Source of the DNA: Auanema rhodensis
Lineage: Eukaryota > Animalia > Nematoda
Assembly (NCBI GenBank): GCA_964057225.1
Contig: OZ059895.1
Coordinates: 10,478,001-10,542,000, forward strand
Length of the DNA stretch: 64,000 nucleotides
Direction: 5' to 3'
Within the stretch, counting starts at the first letter, position 1. Every line of letters begins with the position of its first letter. The notes under the pieces are model-generated. The model did no database searches. It was not told the DNA's origin and saw only the letters and a program-made list of their open reading frames with translations. This document shows, piece by piece, positions 35,998-50,900 of this stretch. The position numbers were made by a program, and so were the translations under genes.

Positions 35998-38900
35998 AAA
36001 GGCAAAACAAATTTTGTTAGCACAGAACCATATTAATCATATTTTCCGGCGGGCTCAAGTTGCTATTTTGTTCGATTTTTATGAAAAAATAAAAATTTTA
36101 AATTGTTTATTTTTAGCCCTAGAAATACGTGCAACATCTTATTATCTAAGAAAATTTGAAAATTAAATAATTGAAAAAGTAAAACAGATTTTGTTAGCAC
36201 AGAAACATATTAATCATATTTTAATTTAAGGCGGGCTCAAGTTGCTATTTTGTTCGATTTTCATGAGAAAATAAAAATTTTAAAATGTTTATTTTTAGCC
36301 CTAGAAATACGTGCAACATCTTACTCAACTCAAAATCAACTGTTTGATAATATAAATTAGGTTTTGTGAGCATATATCCATAGCAATCATGTTTTGCGGC
36401 GGGTTCAACTTGCTATTTCGTTTGATTTTTATGAAAAATTAAATATTCTAAAACTTTTATTTCTTGTCCTAGAAATACGTGCTACATCTCATTAAACTAA
36501 GAATTAGTTGATTGAGAAGGCAAAACAAATTTTGTTAGCACAGAACCATATTAATCATATTTTCCGGCGGGCTCAAGTTGCTATTTTGTTCGATTTTTAT
36601 GAAAAAATAAAAATTTTAAATTGTTTATTTTTAGCCCTAGAAATACGTGCAACATCTTATTATCTAAGAAAATTTGAAAATTAAATAATTGAAAAAGTAA
36701 ATCAGATTTTGTTAGCACAGAAACATATTGATCATATTTTAAGGCGGGCTCAAGTTGCTATTTTGTTCGATTTTAATGAAAAAATAAAAATTTTAAAATG
36801 TTTATTTTTAGCCCTAGAAATACGTGCAACATCTTACTCAACTCAAAATCAACTGTTTGATAATATAAATTAGGTTTTGTGAGCATATATCCATAGTAAT
36901 CATGTTTTGCGGCGGTTTCAACTTGCTATTTCGTTTGATTTTTATGAAAAATTAAATATTCTTAAAATTTTATTTCTTGTCCTAGAAATACGTGCTACAT
37001 CTCTTTAAACTAAGAATTAGTTGATTGAAAAGGCAAAACAAATTTTGTGAGCATATACCCATAGTAATCATGTTTTGCGGCGTGCTCAAGTTGCTATTTT
37101 GTTCGATTTTTATGAAAAATTGAAAATTTTAAAATGTTTATTTTTAGTCCTAGAAATACGTGCAACATCTTTTTCAACTCAAAATCAACTGTTTGATAAA
37201 ATAAATTAGGTTTTGTGAGCATATATCCATAGTGATCATGTTTTGCGGCGGGTTCAACTTGCTATTTCGTTTGATTTTTATGAAAAATTAAATATTCTAA
37301 AAATTTTATTTCTTGTCCTAGAAATATGTGCAACATCTTATTATCTAAGAAAATTTGAAAATTAACTAATTGAAAAAGTAAAACAGATTTTGTTAGCACA
37401 GAACCATATTAATCATATTTTCCGGCGGGCTCAAGTTGCTATTTTGTTCAATTTTCATGAAAAAATAAAAATTTTAAATGTTTATTTTTCGCCCTAGAAA
37501 TACGTGCAACATCTTATTATCTAAGAAAATTTGAAAATTAACTAATTGAAAAAGTAAAACAGATTTTGTTAGCACAGAACCATATTAATCATATTTTCCG
37601 GCGGGCTCAAGTTGCTATTTTGTTCGATTTTTATGAAAAATTAAATATTTTCAAATGTTTATTTTTCGCCCTAGAAATATGTGCAACATCTTATTATCTA
37701 AGAAAATTTGAAAATTAAATGATTGAAAAAGTAAAACAGATTTTGTTAGCACAGAAACATATTAATCATATTTTACGGCGGGCTCAAGTTGCTATTTTGT
37801 TCGATTTTCATGAAAAAATAAAAATTTTAAAATGTTTATTTTTAGCCCTAGAAATACGTGCAACATCTTATTCAACTCAAAATCAACTGTTTGATAATAT
37901 AAGTTAGGTTTTGTGAGCATATATCCATAGTAATCATGTTTTGCGGCGGGTTCAACTTGCTATTTCGTTTGATTTTTATGAAAAATTAAATATTCTAAAA
38001 CTTTTATTTCTTGTCCTAGAAATACGTGCTACATCTCATTAAACTAAGAATTAGTTGATTGAAAAGGCAAAACAAATTTTGTTAGCACAGAACCATATTA
38101 ATCATATTTTCCGGCGGGCTCAAGTTGCTATTTTGTTCGATTTTTATGAAAAAATAAAAATTTTAAATTGTTTATTTTTAGCCCTAGAAATACGTGCAAC
38201 ATCTTATTATCTAAGAAAATTTGAAAATTAAATAATTGAAAAAGTAAAACAGATTTTGTTAGCACAGAAACATATTAATCATATTTTAATTTAAGGCGGG
38301 CTCAAGTTGCTATTTTGTTCGATTTTCATGAGAAAATAAAAATTTTAAAATGTTTATTTTTAGCCCTAGAAATACGTGCAACATCTTACTCAACTCAAAA
38401 TCAACTGTTTGATAATATAAATTAGGTTTTGTGAGCATATATCCATAGCAATCATGTTTTGCGGCGGGTTCAACTTGCTATTTCGTTTGATTTTTATGAA
38501 AAATTAAATATTCTAAAACTTTTATTTCTTGTCCTAGAAATACGTGCTACATCTCATTAAACTAAGAATTAGTTGATTGAGAAGGCAAAACAAATTTTGT
38601 TAGCACAGAACCATATTAATCATATTTTCCGGCGGGCTCAAGTTGCTATTTTGTTCGATTTTTATGAAAAAATAAAAATTTTAAATTGTTTATTTTTAGC
38701 CCTAGAAATACGTGCAACATCTTATTATCTAAGAAAATTTGAAAATTAAATAATTGAAAAAGTAAATCAGATTTTGTTAGCACAGAAACATATTGATCAT
38801 ATTTTAAGGCGGGCTCAAGTTGCTATTTTGTTCGATTTTAATGAAAAAATAAAAATTTTAAAATGTTTATTTTTAGCCCTAGAAATACGTGCAACATCTT

Positions 38901-41900
38901 ACTCAACTCAAAATCAACTGTTTGATAATATAAATTAGGTTTTGTGAGCATATATCCATAGTAATCATGTTTTGCGGCGGTTTCAACTTGCTATTTCGTT
39001 TGATTTTTATGAAAAATTAAATATTCTTAAAATTTTATTTCTTGTCCTAGAAATACGTGCTACATCTCTTTAAACTAAGAATTAGTTGATTGAAAAGGCA
39101 AAACAAATTTTGTGAGCATATACCCATAGTAATCATGTTTTGCGGCGTGCTCAAGTTGCTATTTTGTTCGATTTTTATGAAAAATTGAAAATTTTAAAAT
39201 GTTTATTTTTAGTCCTAGAAATACGTGCAACATCTTTTTCAACTCAAAATCAACTGTTTGATAAAATAAATTAGGTTTTGTGAGCATATATCCATAGTGA
39301 TCATGTTTTGCGGCGGGTTCAACTTGCTATTTCGTTTGATTTTTATGAAAAATTAAATATTCTAAAAATTTTATTTCTTGTCCTAGAAATACGTGCTACA
39401 TCTCTTTAAACTAAGAATTAGTTGATTGAGAAGGCAAAACAAATTTTGTTAGCACAGAACCATATTAATCATATTTTCCGGCGGGCTTAAGTTGCTATTT
39501 TGTTCAATTTTCATGAAAAAATAAAAATTTTTAAATGTTTATTTTTCGCCCTAGAAATACGTGCAACATCTTATTATCTAAGAAAATTTGAAAATTAACT
39601 AATTGAAAAAGTAAAACAAATTTTGTTAGCACAGAACCATATTAATCATATTTTCCGGCGGGCTTAAGTTGCTATTTTGTTCAATTTTCATGAAAAAATA
39701 AAAGTTTTAAAATGTTTATTTTTAGCCCTAGAAATACGTGCAACATCTTATTATCTAAGAAAATTTGAAAATTAACTAATTGAAAAAGTAAAACAGATTT
39801 TGTTAGCACAGAACCATATTAATCATATTTTCCGGCGGGCTCAAGTTGCTATTTTGTTCGATTTTTATGAAAAATTAAATATTTTCAAATGTTTATTTTT
39901 CGCCCTAGAAATATGTGCAACATCTTATTATCTAAGAAAATTTGAAAATTAAATGATTGAAAAAGTAAAACAGATTTTGTTAGCACAGAAACATATTAAT
40001 CATATTTTACGGCGGGCTCAAGTTGCTATTTTGTTCGATTTTCATGAAAAAATAAAAATTTTAAAATGTTTATTTTTAGCCCTAGAAATACGTGCAACAT
40101 CTTATTCAACTCAAAATCAACTGTTTGATAATATAAGTTAGGTTTTGTGAGCATATATCCATAGTAATCATGTTTTGCGGCGGTTTCAACTTGCTATTTC
40201 GTTTGATTTTTATGAAAAATTAAATATTCTAAAACTTTTATTTCTTGTCCTAGAAATACGTGCTACATCTCATTAAACTAAGAATTAGTTGATTGAAAAG
40301 GCAAAACAAATTTTGTGAGCATATACCCATAGCAATCATGTTTTGCGGCGGGTTCAACTTGCTATTTCGTTTGATTTTTATGAAAAATTAAATATTCTAA
40401 AACTTTTATTTCTTGTCCTAGAAATACGTGCTACATCTCATTAAACTAAGAATTAGTTGATTGAAAAGGCAAAACAAATTTTGTTAGCACAGAACCATAT
40501 TAATCATATTTTCCGGCGGGCTCAAGTTGCTATTTTGTTCGATTTTTATGAAAAAATAAAAATTTTAAATTGTTTATTTTTAGCCCTAGAAATACGTGCA
40601 ACATCTTATTATCTAAGAAAATTTGAAAATTAAATAATTGAAAAAGTAAAACAGATTTTGTTAGCACAGAAACATATTGATCATATTTTAAGGCGGGCTC
40701 AAGTTGCTATTTTGTTCGATTTTAATGAAAAAATAAAAATTTTAAAATGTTTATTTTTAGCCCTAGAAATACGTGCAACATCTTACTCAACTCAAAATCA
40801 ACTGTTTGATAATATAAATTAGGTTTTGTGAGCATATATCCATAGTAATCATGTTTTGCGGCGGTTTCAACTTGCTATTTCGTTTGATTTTTATGAAAAA
40901 TTAAATATTCTTAAAATTTTATTTCTTGTCCTAGAAATACGTGCTACATCTCTTTAAACTAAGAATTAGTTGATTGAAAAGGCAAAACAAATTTTGTGAG
41001 CATATACCCATAGTAATCATGTTTTGCGGCGTGCTCAAGTTGCTATTTTGTTCGATTTTTATGAAAAATTAAATATTTTCAAATGTTTATTTCTTGTCCT
41101 AGAAATACGTGCTACATCTCTTTAAACTAAGAATTAGTTGATTGAAAAGGCAAAACAAATTTTGTGAGCATATATCCATAGTAATCATGTTTTGCGGCGG
41201 TTTCAACTTGCTATTTCGTTTGATTTTTATGAAAAATTAAATATTCTTAAAATTTTATTTCTTGTCCTAGAAATACGTGCTACATCTCTTTAAACTAAGA
41301 ATTAGTTGATTGAAAAGGCAAAACAAATTTTGTTAGCACAGAACCATATTAATCATATTTTCCGGCGGGCTCAAGTTGCTATTTTGTTCGATTTTTATGA
41401 AAAAATAAAAATTTTAAATTGTTTATTTTTAGCCCTAGAAATACGTGCAACATCTTATTATCTAAGAAAATTTGAAAATTAAATAATTGAAAAAGTAAAA
41501 CAGATTTTGTTAGCACAGAAACATATTGATCATATTTTAAGGCGGGCTCAAGTTGCTATTTTGTTCGATTTTAATGAAAAAATAAAAATTTTAAAATGTT
41601 TATTTTTAGCCCTAGAAATACGTGCAACATCTTATTATCTAAGAAAATTTGAAAATTAAATGATTGAAAAAGTAAAACAGATTTTGTTAGCACAGAAACA
41701 TATTAATCATATTTTACGGCGGGCTCAAGTTGCTATTTTGTTCGATTTTCATGAAAAAATAAAAATTTTAAAATGTTTATTTTTAGCCCTAGAAATACGT
41801 GCAACATCTTACTCAACTCAAAATCAACTGTTTGATAATATAAATTAGGTTTTGTGAGCATATATCCATAGTAATCATGTTTTGCGGCGTGCTCAAGTTG

Positions 41901-44900
41901 CTATTTTGTTCGATTTTTATGAAAAATTAAATATTTTCAAATGTTTATTTTTCGCCCTAGAAATATGTGCAACATCTTATTATCTAAGAAATTTTGAAAA
42001 TTAAATGATTGAAAAAGTAAAACAGATTTTGTTAGCACAGAAACATATTAATCATATTTTCCGGCGGGCTCAAGTTTCTATTTTGTTCGATTTTCATGAA
42101 AAAATAAAAGTTTTAAAATGTTTATTTTTAGCCCTAGAAATACGTGCAACATCTTACTCAACTCAAAATCAACTGTTTGATAATATAAATTAGGTTTTGT
42201 GAGCATATATCCATAGTAATCATGTTTTGCGGCGGGTTCAACTTGCTATTTCGTTTGATTTTTATGAAAAATTAAATATTTTAAAAATTTTATTTCTTGT
42301 CCTAGAAATACGTGCTACATCTCATTAAACTAAGAATTAGTTGATTGAGAAGGCGAAACAAATTTTGTTAGCACAGAACCATATTAATCATATTTTCCGG
42401 CGGGCTCAAGTTTCTATTTTGTTCGATTTTCATGAAAAAATAAAAGTTTTAAAATGTTTATTTTTAGCCCTAGAAATACGTGCAACATCTTACTCAACTC
42501 AAAATCAACTGTTTGATAATATAAATTAGGTTTTGTGAGCATATATCCATAGTAATCATGTTTTGCGGCGGTTTCAACTTGCTATTTTGTTTGATTTTTA
42601 TGAAAAATTAAATATTCTAAAACTTTTATTTCTTGTCCTAGAAATACGTGCTACATCTCATTAAACTAAGAATTAGTTGATTGAAAAGGCAAAACAAATT
42701 TTGTGAGCATATACCCATAGTAATCATGTTTTGCGGCGTGCTCAAGTTGCTATTTTGTTCGATTTTTATGAAAAATTGAAAATTTTAAAATGTTTATTTT
42801 TAGCCCTAGAAATACGTGCAAAATCTTATTCAACTCAAAATCAACTGTTTGATAATATAAATTAGGTTTTGTGAGCATATATCCATAGTAATCATGTTTT
42901 GCGGCGGGTTCAAATTGCTATTTCGTTTGATTTTTATGAAAAATTAAATATTTTAAAAATTTTATTTCTTGTCCTAGAAATACGTGCTACATCTCATTAA
43001 ACTAAGAATTAGTTGATTGAGAAGGCAAAACAAATTTTGTTAGCACAGAACCATATTAATCATATTTTCCGGCGGGCTCAAGTTTCTATTTTGTTCGATT
43101 TTCATGAAAAAATAAAAGTTTTAAAATGTTTATTTTTAGCCCTAGAAATACGTGCAACATCTTATTATCTGAGAAAATTTGAAAATTAAATGATTGAAAA
43201 AGTAAAACAGATTTTGTTAGCACAGAAACATATTAATCATATTTTAATTTAAGGCGGGCTCAAGTTGCTATTTTGTTCGATTTTCATGAGAAAATAAAAA
43301 TTTTAAAATGTTTATTTTTAGCCCTAGAAATACGTGCAACATCTTACTCAACTCAAAATCAACTGTTTGATAATATAAATTAGGTTTTGTGAGCATATAT
43401 CCATAGTAATCATGTTTTGCGGCGGTTTCAACTTGCTATTTTGTTTGATTTTTATGAAAAATTAAATATTCTAAAACTTTTATTTCTTGTCCTAGAAATA
43501 CGTGCTACATCTCATTAAACTAAGAATTAGTTGATTGAGAAGGCAAAACAAATTTTGTTAGCACAGAACCATATTAATCATATTTTCCGGCGGGCTCAAA
43601 TTTCTATTTTGTTCGATTTTCATGAAAAAATAAAAGTTTTAAAATGTTTATTTTTAGCCCTAGAAATACGTGCAACATCTTACTCAACTCAAAATCAACT
43701 GTTTGATAATATAAATTAGGTTTTGTGAGCATATATCCATAGTAATCATGTTTTGCGGCGGTTTCAACTTGCTATTTTGTTTGATTTTTATGAAAAATTA
43801 AATATTCTAAAACTTTTATTTCTTGTCCTAGAAATACGTGCTACATCTCATTAAACTAAGAATTAGTTGATTGAAAAGGCAAAACAAATTTTGTGAGCAT
43901 ATACCCATAGTAATCATGTTTTGCGGCGTGCTCAAGTTGCTATTTTGTTCGATTTTTATGAAAAATTAAATATTTTCAAATGTTTATTTTTCGCCCTAGA
44001 AATACGTGCAACATCTTATTATCTAAGAAAATTTGAAAATTAAATGATTGAAAAAGTAAAACAGATTTTGTTAGCACAGAAACATATTAATCATATTTTA
44101 CGGCGGGCTCAAGTTGCTATTTTGTTCGATTTTTATGAAAAATTGAAAATTTTAAAATGTTTATTTTTAGCCCTAGAAATACGTGCAAAATCTTATTCAA
44201 CTCAAAATCAACTGTTTGATAATATAAATTAGGTTTTGTGAGCATATATCCATAGTAATCATGTTTTGCGGCGGGTTCAAATTGCTATTTCGTTTGATTT
44301 TTATGAAAAATTAAATATTTTAAAAATTTTATTTCTTGTCCTAGAAATACGTGCTACATCTCATTAAACTAAGAATTAGTTGATTGAGAAGGCAAAACAA
44401 ATTTTGTTAGCACAGAACCATATTAATCATATTTTCCGGCGGGCTCAAGTTTCTATTTTGTTCGATTTTCATGAAAAAATAAAAGTTTTAAAATGTTTAT
44501 TTTTAGCCCTAGAAATACGTGCAACATCTTATTATCTGAGAAAATTTGAAAATTAAATGATTGAAAAAGTAAAACAGATTTTGTTAGCACAGAAACATAT
44601 TAATCATATTTTAATTTAAGGCGGGCTCAAGTTGCTATTTTGTTCGATTTTCATGAGAAAATAAAAATTTTAAAATGTTTATTTTTAGCCCTAGAAATAC
44701 GTGCAACATCTTACTCAACTCAAAATCAACTGTTTGATAATATAAATTAGGTTTTGTGAGCATATATCCATAGTAATCATGTTTTGCGGCGGTTTCAACT
44801 TGCTATTTTGTTTGATTTTTATGAAAAATTAAATATTCTAAAACTTTTATTTCTTGTCCTAGAAATACGTGCTACATCTCTTTAAACTAAGAATTAGTTG

Positions 44901-47900
44901 ATTGAAAAGGCAAAACAAATTTTGTTAGCACAGAACCATATTAATCATATTTTCCGGCGGGCTCAAGTTGCTATTTTGTTCGATTTTTATGAAAAAATAA
45001 AAATTTTAAATTGTTTATTTTAAGCCCTAGAAATACGTGCAACATCTTATTATCTAAGAAAATTTGAAAATTAAATAATTGAAAAAGTAAAACAGATTTT
45101 GTTAGCACAGAAACATATTGATCATATTTTAAGGCGGGCTCAAGTTGCTATTTTGTTCGATTTTAATGAAAAAATAAAAATTTTAAAATGTTTATTTTTA
45201 GCCCTAGAAATACGTGCAACATCTTACTCAACTCAAAATCAACTGTTTGATAATATAAATTAGGTTTTGTGAGCATATATCCATAGTAATCATGTTTTGC
45301 GGCGGTTTCAACTTGCTATTTCGTTTGATTTTTATGAAAAATTAAATATTTTCAAATGTTTATTTTTCGCCCTAGAAATACGTGCAACATCTTATTATCT
45401 AAGAAAATTTGAAAATTAAATGATTGATAAAGTAAAACAGATTTTGTTAGCCCAGAAACATATTGATCATATTTTAAGGCGGGCTCAAGTTGCTATTTTG
45501 TTCGATTTTAATGAAAAAATAAAAATTTTAAAATGTTTATTTTTAGCCCTAGAAATACGTGCAACATCTTACTCAACTCAAAATCAACTGTTTGATAATA
45601 TAAATTAGGTTTTGTGAGCATATATCCATAGTAATCATGTTTTGCGGCGTGCTCAAGTTGCTATTTTGTTCGATTTTTATGAAAAATTAAATATTTTCAA
45701 ATGTTTATTTTTCGCCCTAGAAATATGTGCAACATCTTATTATCTAAGAAAATTTGAAAATTAAATGATTGATAAAGTAAAACAGATTTTGTTAGCCCAG
45801 AAACATATTAATCATATTTTACGGCGGGCTCAAGTTGCTATTTTGTTCGATTTTCATGAAAAAATAAAAATTTTAAAATGTTTATTTTTAGCCCTAGAAA
45901 TACGTGCAACATCTTACTCAACTCAAAATCAACTGTTTGATAATATAAATTAGGTTTTGTGAGCATATATCCATAGTAATCATGTTTTGCGGCGGGTTCA
46001 ACTTGCTATTTCGTTTGATTTTTATGAAAAATTAAATATTTTAAAAATTTTATTTCTTGTCCTAGAAATACGTGCTACATCTCATTAAACTAAGAATTAG
46101 TTGATTGAGAAGGCAAAACAAATTTTGTTAGCACAGAACCATATTAATCATATTTTCCGGCGGGCTCAAGTTTCTATTTTGTTCGATTTTCATGAAAAAA
46201 TAAAAGTTTTAAAATGTTTATTTTTAGCCCTAGAAATACGTGCAACATCTTACTCAACTCAAAATCAACTGTTTGATAATATAAATTAGGTTTTGTGAGC
46301 ATATATCCATAGTAATCATGTTTTGCGGCGGTTTCAACTTGCTATTTTGTTTGATTTTTATGAAAAATTAAATATTCTAAAACTTTTATTTCTTGTCCTA
46401 GAAATACGTGCTACATCTCATTAAACTAAGAATTAGTTGATTGAAAAGGCAAAACAAATTTTGTGAGCATATACCCATAGTAATCATGTTTTGCGGCGTG
46501 CTCAAGTTGCTATTTTGTTCGATTTTTATGAAAAATTAAATATTTTCAAATGTTTATTTTTCGCCCTAGAAATACGTGCAACATCTTATTATCTAAGAAA
46601 ATTTGAAAATTAAATGATTGAAAAAGTAAAACAGATTTTGTTAGCACAGAAACATATTAATCATATTTTCCGGCGGGCTCAAGTTGCTATTTTGTTCGAT
46701 TTTTATGAAAAATTGAAAATTTTAAAATGTTTATTTTTAGCCCTAGAAATACGTGCAAAATCTTATTCAACTCAAAATCAACTGTTTGATAATATAAATT
46801 AGGTTTTGTGAGCATATATCCATAGTAATCATGTTTTGCGGCGGGTTCAACTTGCTATTTCGTTTGATTTTTATGAAAAATTAAATATTTTAAAAATTTT
46901 ATTTCTTGTCCTAGAAATACGTGCTACATCTCATTAAACTAAGAATTAGTTGATTGAGAAGGCAAAACAAATTTTGTTAGCACAGAACCATATTAATCAT
47001 ATTTTCCGGCGGGCTCAAGTTTCTATTTTGTTCGATTTTCATGAAAAAATAAAAGTTTTAAAATGTTTATTTTTAGCCCTAGAAATACGTGCAACATCTT
47101 ACTCAACTCAAAATCAACTGTTTGATAATATAAATTAGGTTTTGTGAGCATATATCCATAGTAATCATGTTTTGCGGCGGTTTCAACTTGCTATTTTGTT
47201 TGATTTTTATGAAAAATTAAATATTCTAAAACTTTTATTTCTTGTCCTAGAAATACGTGCTACATCTCATTAAACTAAGAATTAGTTGATTGAAAAGGCA
47301 AAACAAATTTTGTGAGCATATACCCATAGTAATCATGTTTTGCGGCGTGCTCAAGTTGCTATTTTGTTCGATTTTTATGAAAAATTAAATATTTTCAAAT
47401 GTTTATTTTTCGCCCTAGAAATACGTGCAACATCTTATTATCTAAGAAAATTTGAAAATTAAATGATTGAAAAAGTAAAACAGATTTTGTTAGCACAGAA
47501 ACATATTAATCATATTTTCCGGCGGGCTCAAGTTGCTATTTTGTTCGATTTTTATGAAAAATTGAAAATTTTAAAATGTTTATTTTTAGCCCTAGAAATA
47601 CGTGCAAAATCTTATTCAACTCAAAATCAACTGTTTGATAATATAAATTAGGTTTTGTGAGCATATATCCATAGTAATCATGTTTTGCGGCGGGTTCAAC
47701 TTGCTATTTCGTTTGATTTTTATGAAAAATTAAATATTTTAAAAATTTTATTTCTTGTCCTAGAAATACGTGCTACATCTCATTAAACTAAGAATTAGTT
47801 GATTGAGAAGGCAAAACAAATTTTGTTAGCACAGAACCATATTAATCATATTTTCCGGCGGGCTCAAGTTTCTATTTTGTTCGATTTTCATGAAAAAATA

Positions 47901-50900
47901 AAAGTTTTAAAATGTTTATTTTTAGCCCTAGAAATACGTGCAACATCTTATTATCTGAGAAAATTTGAAAATTAAATGATTGAAAAAGTAAAACAGATTT
48001 TGTTAGCACAGAAACATATTAATCATATTTTAATTTAAGGCGGGCTCAAGTTGCTATTTTGTTCGATTTTCATGAGAAAATAAAAATTTTAAAATGTTTA
48101 TTTTTAGCCCTAGAAATACGTGCAACATCTTACTCAACTCAAAATCAACTGTTTGATAATATAAATTAGGTTTTGTGAGCATATATCCATAGTAATCATG
48201 TTTTGCGGCGGTTTCAACTTGCTATTTTGTTTGATTTTTATGAAAAATTAAATATTCTAAAACTTTTATTTCTTGTCCTAGAAGTACGTGCTACATCTCT
48301 TTAAACTAAGAATTAGTTGATTGAAAAGGCAAAACAAATTTTGTTAGCACAGAACCATATTTATCATATTTTCCGGCGGGCTCAAGTTGCTATTTTGTTC
48401 GATTTTTATGAAAAAATAAAAATTTTAAATTGTTTATTTTTAGCCCTAGAAATACGTGCAACATCTTACTCAACTCAAAATCAACTGTTTGATAATATAA
48501 ATTAGGTTTTGTGAGCATATATCCATAGTAATCATGTTTTGCGGCGGTTTCAACTTGCTATTTTGTTTGATTTTTATGAAAAATTAAATATTCTAAAACT
48601 TTTATTTCTTGTCCTAGAAGTACGTGCTACATCTCTTTAAACTAAGAATTAGTTGATTGAAAAAGTAAAACAGATTTTGTTAGCACAGAAACATATTGAT
48701 CATATTTTAAGGCGGGCTCAAGTTGCTATTTTGTTCGATTTTAATGAAAAAATAAAAATTTTAAAATGTTTATTTTTAGCCCTAGAAATACGTGCAACAT
48801 CTTACTCAACTCAAAATCAACTGTTTGATAATATAAATTAGGTTTTGTGAGCATATATCCATAGTAATCATGTTTTGCGGCGGTTTCAACTTGCTATTTC
48901 GTTTGATTTTTATGAAAAATTAAATATTTTCAAATGTTTATTTTTCGCCCTAGAAATACGTGCAACATCTTATTATCTAAGAAAATTTGAAAATTAAATG
49001 ATTGATAAAGTAAAACAGATTTTGTTAGCCCAGAAACATATTGATCATATTTTAAGGCGGGCTCAAGTTGCTATTTTGTTCGATTTTAATGAAAAAATAA
49101 AAATTTTAAAATGTTTATTTTTAGCCCTAGAAATACGTGCAACATCTTACTCAACTCAAAATCAACTGTTTGATAATATAAATTAGGTTTTGTGAGCATA
49201 TATCCATAGTAATCATGTTTTGCGGCGGTTTCAACTTGCTATTTCGTTTGATTTTTATGAAAAATTAAATATTCTTAAAATTTTATTTTTTGTCCTAGAA
49301 ATACGTGCTACATCTCTTTAAACTAAGAATTAGTTGATTGAAAAGGCAAAACAAATTTTGTGAGCATATACCCATAGTAATCATGTTTTGCGGCGTGCTC
49401 AAGTTGCTATTTTGTTCGATTTTTATAAAAAATTAAATATTTTCAAATGTTTATTTTTCGCCCTAGAAATACGTGCAACATCTTATTATCTAAGAAAATT
49501 TGAAAATTAAATGATTGAAAAAGTAAGACAGATTTTGTTAGCACAGAAACATATTAATCATATTTTACGGCGGGCTCAAGTTGCTATTTTGTTCGATTTT
49601 TATGAAAAATTGAAAATTTTAAAATGTTTATTTTTAGCCCTAGAAATACGTGCAACATCTTATTCAACTCAAAATCAACTGTTTGATAAAATAAATTAGG
49701 TTTTGTGAGCATATATCCATAGTGATCATGTTTTGCGGCGGGTTCAACTTGCTATTTCGTTTGATTTTTATGAAAAATTAAATATTCTAAAAATTTTATT
49801 TCTTGTCCTAGAAATACGTGCTACATCTCTTTAAACTAAGAATTAGTTGATTGAGAAGGCAAAACAAATTTTGTTAGCACAGAACCATATTAATCATATT
49901 TTCCGGCGGGCTTAAGTTGCTATTTTGTTCAATTTTCATGAAAAAATAAAAATTTTAAAATGTTTATTTTTAGCCCTAGAAATACGTGCAACATCTTACT
50001 CAACTCAAAATCAACTGTTTGATAATATAAATTAGATTTTGTGAGCATATATCCAAAGTGATCATGTTTTGCGGCGGGTTCAACTTGCTATTTCGTTTGA
50101 TTTTTATGAAAAATTAAATATTCTAAAACTTTTATTTCTTGTCCTAGAAATACGTGCTACATCTCATTAAACTAAGAATTAGTTGATTGAAAAGGCAAAA
50201 CAAATTTTGTGAGCATATACCCATAGTAATCATGTTTTGCGGCGTGCTCAAGTTGCTATTTTGTTCGATTTTTATGAAAAATTAAATATTTTCAAATGTT
50301 TATTTTTCGCCCTAGAAATACGTGCTACATCTCATTAAACTAAGAATTAGTTGATTGAAAAGGCAAAACAAATTTTGTGAGCATATACCCATAGTAATCA
50401 TGTTTTGCGGCGTGCTCAAGTTGCTATTTTGTTCGATTTTTATGAAAAATTAAATATTTTCAAATGTTTATTTTTCGCCCTAGAAATACGTGCAACATCT
50501 TATTATCTAAGAAAATTTGAAAATTAAATGATTGAAAAAGTAAAACAGATTTTGTTAGCACAGAAACATATTAATCATATTTTACGGCGGGCTCAAGTTG
50601 CTATTTTGTTCGATTTTTATGAAAAATTGAAAATTTTAAAATGTTTATTTTTAGCCCTAGAAATACGTGCAAAATCTTATTCAACTCAAAATCAACTGTT
50701 TGATAATATAAATTAGGTTTTGTGAGCATATATCCATAGTAATCATGTTTTGCGGCGGGTTCAACTTGCTATTTCGTTTGATTTTTATGAAAAATTAAAT
50801 ATTTTAAAAATTTTATTTCTTGTCCTAGAAATACGTGCTACATCTCATTAAACTAAGAATTAGTTGATTGAGAAGGCAAAACAAATTTTGTTAGCACAGA

